Shown here: in pieces, positions 20,202-29,980 of the stretch | How positions within the stretch are numbered: position 1 is the stretch's first letter | Layout of the letters: each line of letters starts with the position of its first letter | NCBI GenBank assembly: GCA_020635355.1 | Contig: JACJZW010000012.1 | Location: 40,836-104,835 of the forward strand | Source: Flavobacteriales bacterium | GTDB taxonomy: Bacteria > Bacteroidota > Bacteroidia > NS11-12g > UBA9320 | Direction of reading: 5' to 3' | DNA length: 64,000 nt | Notes under the pieces: model-generated | Databases searched by the model: none | What the model was told of the DNA's origin: nothing | Seen by the model: only the letters and a program-made list of their open reading frames with translations | Translations under genes and position numbers: made by a program

Positions 20202-20549
20202 ATGAGTCAACTGAATCGATTTTTAGAGCACACGATCTTCTTCAAAACCATTTTGTCCTTTCTGAAGGATCGGGAATACCGGGGGTTGATCTACATCACG
20301 TTGTTTGTATTGGTGGCCGGCACCATTGTCTATCACTATATGGAAGGATGGAGATGGATTGATGCACTTTACTTTTGTGTCATCACGCTTACCACAGTTG
20401 GTTACGGGGATTTTTCACCTCAAACCGATGGTGGGAAGCTCTTTACCATTTTTTACATCATCGTGGGTATCGGCATCATTTTGAGCTTTATTGATGCGCT
20501 ATACACCCATTTTAATCGGCATACACTGGAACGGAGGAATAAACGATGA
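20202..20549 (+). CDS. minimal two-TM potassium channel
   Basis: TLTTVGYGD selectivity filter flanked by two hydrophobic helices. It is 115 aa with no cytoplasmic gating domain. Confidence 0.8.
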   Translation: MSQLNRFLEHTIFFKTILSFLKDREYRGLIYITLFVLVAGTIVYHYMEGWRWIDALYFCVITLTTVGYGDFSPQTDGGKLFTIFYIIVGIGIILSFIDALYTHFNRHTLERRNKR

Positions 20550-20998
20550 GGGCCTTAATTCAGCGCGTGAGTGCGGCGTCTGTTCGGGTGGATGGTGAGA
20601 CCATAGCTTCCATTGATTCGGGCATGGTGGTACTATTGGGAATAGGGGATGAAGATGACACCACCGATCTCGATTGGTTGGTGGGTAAGGTGGCACGATT
20701 GCGAATCTTTGACGACGAGGAAGGAGTGATGAACTGGTCATTGAATCCGGAGCATCATCAAGTAATTGTGGTATCTCAGTTTACCCTGCATGCGTCTACG
20801 AAGAAGGGAAACAGACCATCCTACATTCGGGCTGCACGTCCTGAAAAGGCCCAACCAATGTACCTGGAATTTGTGCGTGCCTTGACTCATGAATCCGGTT
20901 GCACGGTTCAGATGGGCTCATTTGGAGCCAACATGCAGGTTGACTTGGTGAACAACGGACCAGTTACGATTTGGATTGATTCGAAGAATCGGGAGTGA
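20546..20998 (+). CDS. dtd: D-aminoacyl-tRNA deacylase
   Basis: MRALIQRVSAASVRV N-terminus, SQFTLHA and a C-terminal NNGPVTIWIDS motif. Its ATG overlaps the channel gene stop (ATGA). Confidence 0.9.
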   Translation: MRALIQRVSAASVRVDGETIASIDSGMVVLLGIGDEDDTTDLDWLVGKVARLRIFDDEEGVMNWSLNPEHHQVIVVSQFTLHASTKKGNRPSYIRAARPEKAQPMYLEFVRALTHESGCTVQMGSFGANMQVDLVNNGPVTIWIDSKNRE

Positions 20999-22229
20999 TG
21001 GAGAGGGTATCCAGAATAATTTGAACGGTTTGTGCTTTCGAACCAGTTCGTTCCTGAACGTAGTTCCTCGCTTTATTACCGGAAGATTGACGCAGAGTGG
21101 CGTCTTCTATCAAGGAAATCAATTCTTTTTGTAATTCATCCTCGTTTGAAAACACGTGAAGTGCGCCTACTTTTTTCAGTCCCATCGCCTCAGGAAAGCG
21201 CTGGATATTCGGTCCGGTGAGAATGGGCAATCCAAAGGTGGCGGCTTCCAGTATGTTGTGCAGTCCTTTGCCAAAGGCACCACCAACCACCGCTACATCA
21301 GCCTGGGCATATAATCGAGCCAGTAAGCCAATTTGATCCACGATTAAAACAGAAGATACGGTGTCGTGATTAGCCGTCCACCTCTGAGGATCAAAGGCTT
21401 TGAACTGTTCCATTAATTGATGAATATGCGGTTCAGATACATCATGCGGAACCAATACCAGGTTGGCGCTGGAGCCCAATGAAGCCCATATCCCGGCTAA
21501 AAATCCTTCCTCATCAGGCCAGGAACTTCCCGCAATGATGGTTGGCTTGCCGGTGATAAGTCGGCGTAGCAAATCACCACCGGTTTCCACGGACTGGCAT
21601 CGTTCCCACACCCGATCAAATCGCAGATCGGGAGCAACAGTTACATGATTATTAGGAATGCCGTTTCGATATAAGGTGTGCGCCGATTCATCATTCTGAA
21701 CGGTGAAGTGATGGATGGATTTTAATGTTTTCAGGAAGATTCTCCCCAAACCGGTGAACGGCCATCTTCCGCGTGGAAACAAGGCGTTAATCATGAGAAC
21801 CGGAATGTCACGCTTCGCGCAAATTCGAATCAGGTTGAACCACAGATCATAGCGCACGAAGACTACCGCAGCAGGTTGAAGTTCATTTAAAAAGGAGGTT
21901 AGTTTACGCGTCGAGTCAAACGGTAAGTAGCATTTGGCATCTGCTAAGGAGTCAATCCGTGCATACTCATATCCGGATGGGGAGAAAAAGCTTACCACCG
22001 TATAAAATTGATCGCGAATCCGTGGATCAGCTAAAACAGGTACGGCCATCTCATATTCACCCAGCGAGGCACAATGAACCAACAGAGTGGGTTTATTGAT
22101 TGGGCCATTTGAAAGGGGTGGCGCTGACCTTCGGCTCCGAAGAAAATGATCGAGTTTGCGGTTGAAGATGGCAGCCACCTTCAGGAGGAAAACCCCGATG
22201 TGAATGATCAGGTTATAGACCTGCCACAT
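20964..22229 (-). CDS. waaA: 3-deoxy-D-manno-octulosonic acid (Kdo) transferase
   Basis: 421 aa. N-terminal membrane helix, HCASLGEYEMAVPV motif and a GT-B C-terminal VGGAFGKGLHNILEAATFGLPILTGP motif. Confidence 0.8.
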   Translation of the reverse strand: MWQVYNLIIHIGVFLLKVAAIFNRKLDHFLRSRRSAPPLSNGPINKPTLLVHCASLGEYEMAVPVLADPRIRDQFYTVVSFFSPSGYEYARIDSLADAKCYLPFDSTRKLTSFLNELQPAAVVFVRYDLWFNLIRICAKRDIPVLMINALFPRGRWPFTGLGRIFLKTLKSIHHFTVQNDESAHTLYRNGIPNNHVTVAPDLRFDRVWERCQSVETGGDLLRRLITGKPTIIAGSSWPDEEGFLAGIWASLGSSANLVLVPHDVSEPHIHQLMEQFKAFDPQRWTANHDTVSSVLIVDQIGLLARLYAQADVAVVGGAFGKGLHNILEAATFGLPILTGPNIQRFPEAMGLKKVGALHVFSNEDELQKELISLIEDATLRQSSGNKARNYVQERTGSKAQTVQIILDTLSITPDSSNQSKS

Positions 22230-22231
22230 AA

Positions 22232-23017
22232 TTAATCCGTGAAGTACTGCTCTTCCTCCGGGCGCTTGGTGTATATCGGAAGGGTAATTCCCACGCGTAA
22301 GCCGTTCAGAAGATCGGTTCGTTCCGTATTGTCGTGTTCCCGAATATCGAATTGTGTGGTTCGCAAGCTGGATGTAAACGCCTGTTGAGCCATAAATCCG
22401 ATGTTGAAATTGATCTGCTTTTTGGGATCCAAATGCTGATAACCAATAAACTGATTAAACATCAATCCACCTGAGAGTCGGTCGTACCCTTTTTCATAGT
22501 CTCCCGTTACCTGTGGTACCTTGGCAGTAGACGCATACACATCTATGCGGTGGTACATCGCCCCAACGCCAACCTGAATCAATATACCTGAGTTCTTGTT
22601 GAGTTTGGAAACCGGAAAGAGGCGGCCACCTTCAATAGCCATGCAGTGAACACGCTCATTTAAGCGGATCACCGAATACAAGCCATCCTGATCAATAATT
22701 TCACCGCTGGGACCGGTGAGCGAGTCAAAAATGTCCTGAGCGGCGGGTTGAATGTTCCGGCCGAAACCCCATGAGTAGGAACCACCGATCATCCAGCCTT
22801 TCTCAAATTTGAATTTGCAGTCGACCCCGATACCGCTGTTCCAACCAAACCGATCAGCCATATCAGCTCCCGGCACATAAAAACCGTAGTTTACACTGAT
22901 GAGATAACCCTGTTTGGCCTCGAACGGTTTCTTGACTTTTTGAGCGGATAAATCACCCGATTGAATAAAAGCGCAAAGTAGAAGAAGGAGGATTCGTTGA
23001 GTGAAATGATTTAACAT
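22232..23017 (-). CDS. hypothetical outer-membrane beta-barrel-like protein
   Basis: The ATG at 23017 gives a signal peptide (MLNHFTQRILLLLLCAFIQSGDLSAQ). The body is Gly/aromatic-rich with alternating strands. It lies 3 nt downstream of waaA. Confidence 0.4.
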   Translation of the reverse strand: MLNHFTQRILLLLLCAFIQSGDLSAQKVKKPFEAKQGYLISVNYGFYVPGADMADRFGWNSGIGVDCKFKFEKGWMIGGSYSWGFGRNIQPAAQDIFDSLTGPSGEIIDQDGLYSVIRLNERVHCMAIEGGRLFPVSKLNKNSGILIQVGVGAMYHRIDVYASTAKVPQVTGDYEKGYDRLSGGLMFNQFIGYQHLDPKKQINFNIGFMAQQAFTSSLRTTQFDIREHDNTERTDLLNGLRVGITLPIYTKRPEEEQYFTD

Positions 23018-23100
23018 AATAAAAACGTACGGCAAATAACGCCCATAGCGATGATACGGTAAAGTTTTGATTAAGTTTGCAGCCCAATAAGGATACCCAG

Positions 23101-24219
23101 ATGAAGATTCAAATGGTCGACCTTCATGGTCAGTACCTTAAAATCAAAAAAGATGTTGATCAGGCCATTCAAGGGGTTATTGACTCAACAGCTTTCATCA
23201 ATGGGGGAGAGGTCAAGGAATTTGCTCAGGAACTGGCCGAATATCTCAACGTAAAACATGTGATTCCTTGTGCCAATGGCACAGATGCGCTTCAGGTAGC
23301 CTTCATGGCTCTGGGGCTGAAACCCGGTGACGAAGTCATTGTTCCGGTGTTTACCTATGTGGCTACGGCTGAGGTCATTGCTTTATTGGGATTGAAGCCG
23401 GTTATGGTAGACGTTCACCCGGATACCTTTAACATTGATGTAGACCAGGCACGATCAAAAATTTCGGCAAATACGAAGGCGATTGTTCCGGTGCATTTAT
23501 TTGGGCAATGTGCCGATATGGATGCCGTGATGGAGCTGGCCAATGAGTTCAACCTTTTTGTGGTTGAAGATACCGCTCAAGCCATTGGAAGTGTCTATAC
23601 GTCGAAGGACGGAAGTACAACCAGTGCCGGTTGCATCGGACATTTTGGAACGACGTCGTTTTTCCCGTCTAAAAATTTAGGTTGTTTTGGGGATGGCGGC
23701 GCCATCTTTACCAATGACAGTGACCTGGCCGAGCAGGCCCGGGTGATCTGCAACCACGGACAACGCATAAAATATCACCACAGCATTATCGGGGTTAACT
23801 CCCGTTTGGATACCCTTCAGGCAGCCATCCTTCGGGTAAAGCTTCGCCATTTGGATAGCTATTGTGCCGCTCGTCAGGAACTGGCTGCTTTTTACGATGA
23901 AGCATTGAAAAATGATGATCGGTTTGCCACTCCCGTTCGAAGTGCTCAATCCACCCACGTTTTTCATCAATACACGATGAAGTTGCGGGAAGATATCAAT
24001 CGGGCTGAACTTCAGGAATACCTACGCCAAAACGGTGTGCCGTCCATGGTGTACTATCCGGTGCCACTCAATGAGCAGGAAGCTTTTGCCAGTGATGGGA
24101 ATTATCCGGTGAGTAAGAACTTATGTGAACGGGTGCTGTCCATTCCCATGAGTACTGAAGTGACTCCGGAACAACGGAATTATATTGTAGAAACTCTAAC
24201 CAATTTTATACAGTCTTAA
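23101..24219 (+). CDS. DegT/DnrJ/EryC1/StrS family aminotransferase (WbpE-like)
   Basis: CANGTDALQ, FTYVATAE, TSFFPSKNLGCFGDGGAIFTND (PLP lysine context) and VNSRLDTLQAAIL motifs. The ATG at 23101 is preferred over the TTG at 23077. Confidence 0.85.
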   Translation: MKIQMVDLHGQYLKIKKDVDQAIQGVIDSTAFINGGEVKEFAQELAEYLNVKHVIPCANGTDALQVAFMALGLKPGDEVIVPVFTYVATAEVIALLGLKPVMVDVHPDTFNIDVDQARSKISANTKAIVPVHLFGQCADMDAVMELANEFNLFVVEDTAQAIGSVYTSKDGSTTSAGCIGHFGTTSFFPSKNLGCFGDGGAIFTNDSDLAEQARVICNHGQRIKYHHSIIGVNSRLDTLQAAILRVKLRHLDSYCAARQELAAFYDEALKNDDRFATPVRSAQSTHVFHQYTMKLREDINRAELQEYLRQNGVPSMVYYPVPLNEQEAFASDGNYPVSKNLCERVLSIPMSTEVTPEQRNYIVETLTNFIQS

Positions 24220-24220
24220 C

Positions 24221-25534
24221 ATGAAAATTGCAGTAATCGGTACAGGATACGTCGGACTTGTTTCCGGAACTTGTTTTGCTGAAACCGGAAACCATGTAAC
24301 CTGCGTTGATATTGACGAGCGCAAGGTTAACTCCCTGCGCAACGGCAAGATCACCATTTATGAGCCGGGTCTTGAAAAACTTTTTGAGCGTAACCTGAAA
24401 GAAGGCCGACTTCACTTTACTACTAAAATTGAAGACGTTATCGATGATGTAAGCATCATATTTCTGGCCCTTCCAACCCCTCCGGGTGAAGATGGTTCAG
24501 CCGACCTTTCCTACGTATTGGGTGTAGCCGATCACCTGGGTAAGATCATGAAAGATTATAAGGTGCTGGTGGACAAAAGCACCGTTCCTGTGGGAACGGC
24601 AGATAAGGTTCACGCAGCCGTTGCCGCCAATTACAAAGGTGATTTCGACGTAGTTTCCAATCCTGAATTCTTGCGTGAAGGGGTGGCCGTAGACGACTTT
24701 ATGAAGCCGGATCGGGTAGTGGTTGGATGCAGCTCTGAGCGCGCTGAAAAGCTGATGACCGAGTTGTATGCTCCTTTTGTACGCCAGGGTAATCCAGTAA
24801 TCTTCATGGATGAGAAATCGGCTGAGCTTACCAAGTATGCCGCCAACAGTTTCCTCGCAACCAAGATTACCTTCATGAACGAGATCGCTCGGGTATGTGA
24901 ATTGGTGGGAGCTGATGTAGACAAGGTCCGCAAGGGTATTGGTACCGACACTCGTATCGGAAACCGATTCCTGTTCCCGGGAATTGGCTATGGTGGATCA
25001 TGTTTTCCTAAGGATGTAAAGGCCTTGGTAAAAAGTTCATCGGAGGTAAACTACGATTTCCAGATTCTCAACGCGGTTGAGAAAGTGAATGAAGAGCAAA
25101 AAACCTACCTTATTCCTAAAATCAAAGCCTACTTCAACGGTGATGTTTCCGGTAAGCATTTTGCGATCTGGGGACTTTCCTTTAAGCCGAATACGGATGA
25201 TATCCGCGAAGCACCTGCCTTGTATCTAATTGATGAATTGGTAGCTTCTGGTGCCACGGTAACCACGTTTGACCCGGAAGCCATGGAGAACGTTAAAGGG
25301 GTTATCGGCAATAAAGTTGCCTATGCAGAAACCATGTACGACGCTTTGGATGGCGCAGATGCCTTGATCATTGCCACTGAATGGGCCGAGTTCCGAAATC
25401 CAAATTTTGATCGGATTGGTGACGCATTGAAGTCAAAAATTATTTTTGATGGTCGAAATGTCTTTGGAAGTGAAAAGATGAAGGAATTGGGCTACATCTA
25501 CTTCTCCATCGGCCGACAACCGATTACAGCATGA
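24221..25534 (+). CDS. ugd: UDP-glucose 6-dehydrogenase
   Basis: [17 protein letters not shown]-terminus and the GGSCFPKD catalytic Cys motif. 437 aa. Confidence 0.9.
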   Translation: MKIAVIGTGYVGLVSGTCFAETGNHVTCVDIDERKVNSLRNGKITIYEPGLEKLFERNLKEGRLHFTTKIEDVIDDVSIIFLALPTPPGEDGSADLSYVLGVADHLGKIMKDYKVLVDKSTVPVGTADKVHAAVAANYKGDFDVVSNPEFLREGVAVDDFMKPDRVVVGCSSERAEKLMTELYAPFVRQGNPVIFMDEKSAELTKYAANSFLATKITFMNEIARVCELVGADVDKVRKGIGTDTRIGNRFLFPGIGYGGSCFPKDVKALVKSSSEVNYDFQILNAVEKVNEEQKTYLIPKIKAYFNGDVSGKHFAIWGLSFKPNTDDIREAPALYLIDELVASGATVTTFDPEAMENVKGVIGNKVAYAETMYDALDGADALIIATEWAEFRNPNFDRIGDALKSKIIFDGRNVFGSEKMKELGYIYFSIGRQPITA

Positions 25535-26511
25535 CCAGAAAACGCATTCTCATTACCGGCGCAGCCGGGTTTTTAGGATCACATTTGTGTGATCGATTCA
25601 TTAAGGAAGGGTATCACGTAATTGGGATGGACAATCTCATTACGGGTGACATGAAGAACATCGAGCACCTTATGCCGCTCGAACATTTCGACTTTTATCA
25701 CCACGACGTTTCCAGATACATTCACATCCCGGGAGAGCTGCATTACATTTTACACTTTGCTTCTCCTGCGAGTCCGATCGATTACCTAAAAATTCCTATT
25801 CCTACCCTGAAGGTAGGTTCGTTGGGAACACATAATTGTTTGGGATTGGCACTGGCTAAAGGCGCACGTATGTTAATTGCTTCCACATCGGAAGTTTACG
25901 GTGATCCGGTGGTACATCCTCAGAATGAAGATTATTGGGGTAACGTTAATCCGGTTGGTCCTCGCGGTGTGTATGATGAAGCCAAGCGTTTCCAGGAAGC
26001 CATGACCATGGCATACCACACCTTTCATGGCGTAGAAACCCGCATTGTACGCATCTTCAACACCTATGGTCCACGGATGCGACTGAATGATGGACGGGCA
26101 TTGCCGGCTTTCATTGGTCAAGCATTGCGAGGAGAAGATATTACCGTTTTTGGCGATGGCAGCCAAACGCGTTCCTTCTGTTATGTAGATGATTTGATCG
26201 AGGGAATCTACCGGTTGTTGATGAGCGATTATGCGCAGCCTGTGAACATTGGTAACCCGGATGAGATCTCCATTCTTGACTTTGCAAAGGAAATCATCTC
26301 CCTTACCGGTACGGATCAAAAGATCGTGTTCAAGCCGTTGCCTAAGGATGATCCGAAGCAACGCAAACCGGATATTACCCGGGCGAAGGAAATTCTCGGT
26401 TGGGAACCCACGGTAGACCGACAGGAAGGATTGAAAAAGACGTATGCCTATTTCAAGAGTCTTCCGGAAGAGGATCTGTACAAATACGCCCATCCACGGG
26501 ACTTTAAGTAA
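25531..26511 (+). CDS. UDP-glucuronate decarboxylase (UDP-xylose synthase-type SDR)
   Basis: [14 protein letters not shown] and the YDEAKR catalytic motif, with overall similarity to UXS. Its start overlaps the ugd stop by 4 nt. Confidence 0.85.
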   Translation: MTRKRILITGAAGFLGSHLCDRFIKEGYHVIGMDNLITGDMKNIEHLMPLEHFDFYHHDVSRYIHIPGELHYILHFASPASPIDYLKIPIPTLKVGSLGTHNCLGLALAKGARMLIASTSEVYGDPVVHPQNEDYWGNVNPVGPRGVYDEAKRFQEAMTMAYHTFHGVETRIVRIFNTYGPRMRLNDGRALPAFIGQALRGEDITVFGDGSQTRSFCYVDDLIEGIYRLLMSDYAQPVNIGNPDEISILDFAKEIISLTGTDQKIVFKPLPKDDPKQRKPDITRAKEILGWEPTVDRQEGLKKTYAYFKSLPEEDLYKYAHPRDFK

Positions 26512-26526
26512 TCAAGACCAACTGTC

Positions 26527-27114
26527 ATGAATACGGAACAATCATATTTTGCACATGAGACGGCCGTTATTGATGACGGTTGTACCATTGGTGCCGGAAC
26601 CAAAATTTGGCACTTCTCTCATGTGATGTCAAACTGTGTTCTTGGAGAAGGATGTAACATCGGTCAGAACGTAGTTATATCTCCCGAAGTAGTTTTGGGA
26701 AACAACGTCAAGGTACAGAACAACGTAAGTATTTATACCGGGGTAATCTGTGAAGACGATGTTTTCCTGGGCCCCAGTATGGTATTTACCAATGTTATTA
26801 ACCCAAGAAGTGCGATAAATCGTCGAGGTCAATATTCCCGAACCACGGTAAAAAAGGGAGCCAGCATTGGTGCAAACGCCACCATTGTGTGCGGCAATGA
26901 TTTGGGGGAGTACTGCTTCATTGGAGCTGGAAGTGTCGTGACCAAAGAGGTTTTGCCATTTGCGTTGATCGTGGGTAATCCGGGCAAACAAATTGGCTGG
27001 ATGAGTATCTACGGGCATCGACTGGAATTTGATGCCAACGGCTTGGCGACGTGTCCTGAAGGTGGTGAGCACTATTGTTTGGCAAATGGGAGAGTAACGC
27101 TGGTCAATGAGTGA
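26527..27114 (+). CDS. left-handed beta-helix N-acetyltransferase (WbpD-like)
   Basis: Hexapeptide repeats (IGAGTKIWHFSHV, LGEGCNIGQNVVI and others). 195 aa. Confidence 0.75.
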   Translation: MNTEQSYFAHETAVIDDGCTIGAGTKIWHFSHVMSNCVLGEGCNIGQNVVISPEVVLGNNVKVQNNVSIYTGVICEDDVFLGPSMVFTNVINPRSAINRRGQYSRTTVKKGASIGANATIVCGNDLGEYCFIGAGSVVTKEVLPFALIVGNPGKQIGWMSIYGHRLEFDANGLATCPEGGEHYCLANGRVTLVNE

Positions 27115-28123
27115 GATTTTAGTTACTGGAGGTCTGGGCTACATTGGTAGTCATACCGTAACGTGTTTATCCGAAGCGGGGTATGATGTTGTGATCATCG
27201 ATAATCTGTCCAACTCTATGTTAGATACACTTGATACCCTTCGGGAACTGTGTTCGGGTACCATTACCTTTTATGAGGTTGAAATGTGCCGTCAGGAGGA
27301 GTTAAATGCCGTGTTTGAAAAGCATCCGAATCTGGCTGGTGTTATCCATTTCGCAGCGTTGCTTCAGGTGAATGAATCGGTGCAACAACCGGTTCGGTAT
27401 TACCGAAATAACCTGGATTCTACGTTAAATCTGATCGATGCCTGTGCGCAGTTTAAGGTATCATCGGTGGTATTCTCTTCGTCTTGCACAGTTTACGGTC
27501 AACCTGAAATGATTCCGGTAGACGAATCAGCTCCCATTGCCGAAGCGGAATCACCCTATGGCAGTACCAAGATTATGTGTGAACGCATCTTTCGGGATGC
27601 CTGTGAGGTGTTGAACTTGAATGTGTTAAGCCTTCGATATTTTAACCCTATAGGTGCGCATCCATCAGCTAAAATTGGCGAGGTGCAGCACGGTGAACCG
27701 CATCATTTGGTTCCCTATATCACTGAAACCGCTATTGGAAAGCGGGAAGTCTTAAAAGTGTTTGGAAGCGATTACGATACCCGGGATGGGTCGTGCATAC
27801 GCGACTACATCCACGTCATGGATATTGCCGAGGCCCATGTTGCGGCCATTGGGAATCTCATTGATGGGAAAACAACCGGATTTGATCCCATCAATTTAGG
27901 AAGTGGGACCGGTCAAACGGTTATTGAGATGATCACAGCTTTTGAAGCCGCAACCGGACTATCCGTGCCGTATGTGCTGGCCGATCGGAGGCCCGGAGAT
28001 GTAGAAAAGGTTTATGCCAATATTGGTAAGGCCACGTCTGTCTTGGGATGGAGGCCAACACGCGGATTAGAGGAGACCTTGAAATCGGCCTGGGTTTGGG
28101 AGCAGCGTCAGCCGGCTAATTGA
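27107..28123 (+). CDS. galE: UDP-glucose 4-epimerase
   Basis: ILVTGGLGYIGSH and the YGSTK catalytic motif. 338 aa. Confidence 0.85.
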   Translation: MSEILVTGGLGYIGSHTVTCLSEAGYDVVIIDNLSNSMLDTLDTLRELCSGTITFYEVEMCRQEELNAVFEKHPNLAGVIHFAALLQVNESVQQPVRYYRNNLDSTLNLIDACAQFKVSSVVFSSSCTVYGQPEMIPVDESAPIAEAESPYGSTKIMCERIFRDACEVLNLNVLSLRYFNPIGAHPSAKIGEVQHGEPHHLVPYITETAIGKREVLKVFGSDYDTRDGSCIRDYIHVMDIAEAHVAAIGNLIDGKTTGFDPINLGSGTGQTVIEMITAFEAATGLSVPYVLADRRPGDVEKVYANIGKATSVLGWRPTRGLEETLKSAWVWEQRQPAN

Positions 28124-28673
28124 GCTGAGGATCAATGGGGGCATTGCTCAAATGCCGATACTTCCCACCTAATTTATCGATCAATTTCTTCCACAACCAA
28201 AGGGAATCTTCCTGAGGACTAAATATCTCATCGGCTTCAATATCCGAAACCACCCAAGCTTCGTCGTCCAACTCGCTGCGTAATTGACCTTCGCCCCATC
28301 CTGAATACCCAAGATAGAAATGCATGTGTTCTTCCAATTCCGGGTTCAGACGAAGCAACCGGAGTGCTTCATTGATGTCACCACCCCACCAGATACCGCG
28401 TCCCAATTGAAGGGAATCGGGTACCACCTGTCCGAGGTTGTGTAGGAAATGGAGCGTATTGAGTTCAACTGGTCCGCCTTGATACACCATGGCACCCGGA
28501 AGCGATTCATCCTTCAGCAACTTGTTTAACCGAATGTCGGTGGGTTGATTCACCACAAAGCCCAGGGTGCCGTGATCATTGTGTTCGGTCAGAAATACAA
28601 CCGTACGCATAAAGTTGGGATCCTGTAAAAAGGGATCTGAAATAAGTGCTGATCCGGGTTTGGGTTCTTTCAT
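28116..28673 (-). CDS. YqgE/AlgH family (UPF0301) protein
   Basis: The ATG at 28673 gives a 185 aa protein, MKEPKPGSALISDPFLQDPNFMRTVVFLTEHNDHGTLGFVVNQP.... The longer 410 aa listed ORF is an out-of-frame run through the Nramp gene. Confidence 0.8.
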   Translation of the reverse strand: MKEPKPGSALISDPFLQDPNFMRTVVFLTEHNDHGTLGFVVNQPTDIRLNKLLKDESLPGAMVYQGGPVELNTLHFLHNLGQVVPDSLQLGRGIWWGGDINEALRLLRLNPELEEHMHFYLGYSGWGEGQLRSELDDEAWVVSDIEADEIFSPQEDSLWLWKKLIDKLGGKYRHLSNAPIDPQLN

Positions 28674-28678
28674 GTGGA

Positions 28679-29920
28679 TTAAGTCATCATGAGATATACA
28701 TAGTAGGCAATCAGACCAATAAGCAGAACAATTCCGATCCAGGCGATGAGTCGTTTGGGAGCCGACCAAAACGAGGCATCTGTATGTTTGTGGACCAGCA
28801 TCATCCCAAGAATGGCGATTACCGGTGCAGTTAAGAACGAAATTACGGTGGCAATGTTCACCATTTGTTTCATGCTTCCGATGTGCCGGGCAAGTAAATA
28901 GACGGATCCCACCGCAATGATGGCCATGATACCATATCGCAAGGTGTTTGATTGTTTCTCTGATGAGATGGCGTTTGGGTTCCAAACACGAATGGCTTCC
29001 GTAAGGACACGAGGTACCGCATCCAGGCACGTTAAGGTGGTGCTGAACATGGTGGTAAAGGCGGCGATCGCAATGATCCAATAAGCCCAGGTGCCAAGGC
29101 TGGTAGAATACATATCGATCAATTGGCCGGCATAAACGGCACCTTTGTCCGACAATTCCTGACCGGTACCATAAATCACATTTGCCCCGAGCATCAGAAA
29201 GCAAACGGCAAGTGCAGCCGTTCCCCAAAACCCAACTTTGAAGTCGAACAAAGTTTGCCCGAGGGTTGCTTTCGTTCCCTTGGAACGGTTGCTCTCTTCG
29301 CTCCACAGCGAATGCCAGATGGAGATGTCCAAGGGGGCCGGCATCCAACCCAGAAAGGCAATTAGAAAGAGAATGTGGGTGGAATTAGCTGGATCAAACA
29401 CCGTCATGAAATCTGAAGATTTGTCGATATCCGCATAAAAGGATGCAATGAACGCAACGATGGTGGTGATGGCTAGGATGATCATGATAACCTTCATGAG
29501 GTTATCCAGCAGACTAAATTTATTGATGGCCAAAATCCCAAAACAAATCACCAGGAGAAGCGCGCTCATTTGCCAGGGGGCAATCGAAATATTCAGTATT
29601 TTATTGGCAAGCCCGGCCGTCACAACCGTAACAGCGGCTTGAATGGTGAACATGGTCGAAATAGTCAGGAGGATAACCAAGGCCAAGGCCCATTTTCCTA
29701 AACGGGCATATCCCTGCAGTAAATTTTCACCTTTAATGGCGGTGTATCGGGGACCTAGTTCGAAGAAAGGGTATTTGAAGATGTGAGCCAGGAGAATCCC
29801 AAGGATCAGAATCCAACCATATTGCGCCCCGGCTTTGGTGGACTGCACGATGTGGGAGACACCAATGGCAGCACCGGCGTACAACAATCCCGGTCCAAGT
29901 GCCTTGAGTTTTGAAAGCAT
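28679..29920 (-). CDS. Nramp family divalent metal transporter
   Basis: 413 aa and polytopic. The N-terminus reads GPGLLYAGAAIGVSHIVQSTKAGAQYGW. Confidence 0.8.
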   Translation of the reverse strand: MLSKLKALGPGLLYAGAAIGVSHIVQSTKAGAQYGWILILGILLAHIFKYPFFELGPRYTAIKGENLLQGYARLGKWALALVILLTISTMFTIQAAVTVVTAGLANKILNISIAPWQMSALLLVICFGILAINKFSLLDNLMKVIMIILAITTIVAFIASFYADIDKSSDFMTVFDPANSTHILFLIAFLGWMPAPLDISIWHSLWSEESNRSKGTKATLGQTLFDFKVGFWGTAALAVCFLMLGANVIYGTGQELSDKGAVYAGQLIDMYSTSLGTWAYWIIAIAAFTTMFSTTLTCLDAVPRVLTEAIRVWNPNAISSEKQSNTLRYGIMAIIAVGSVYLLARHIGSMKQMVNIATVISFLTAPVIAILGMMLVHKHTDASFWSAPKRLIAWIGIVLLIGLIAYYVYLMMT

Positions 29921-29980
29921 GAGGCTAAGATAGCGGATTCGGAGAATTCTGAATGGGATTTGGACGGAATGAGTCCGATC

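Noticed and set aside
25873-26493. A 206 aa antisense ORF inside the UDP-glucuronate decarboxylase gene
   Set aside because: It lies entirely within a strongly supported plus-strand CDS and has no recognisable motifs. This is typical shadow-ORF behaviour. The same reasoning applies to 26629-27072(-), 33327-33905(+), 35833-36285(-), 46137-46577(-), 60218-60688(+) and the other short overlapping ORFs in the track.
28116-29348. A 410 aa minus-strand ORF spanning the YqgE/AlgH gene and the 3' third of the Nramp gene
   Set aside because: Only the last 185 codons (from the ATG at 28673) look like a real protein, of the YqgE/AlgH family. The upstream 225 codons are a low-complexity out-of-frame read through the well-supported Nramp CDS (28679-29920).
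29921-29980. Possible Mn2+ (yybP-ykoY) riboswitch upstream of the Nramp transporter
   Set aside because: Only about 60 nt separate the Nramp start from the preceding gene's stop. That is too short for the riboswitch, and I saw no conserved four-way junction sequence.
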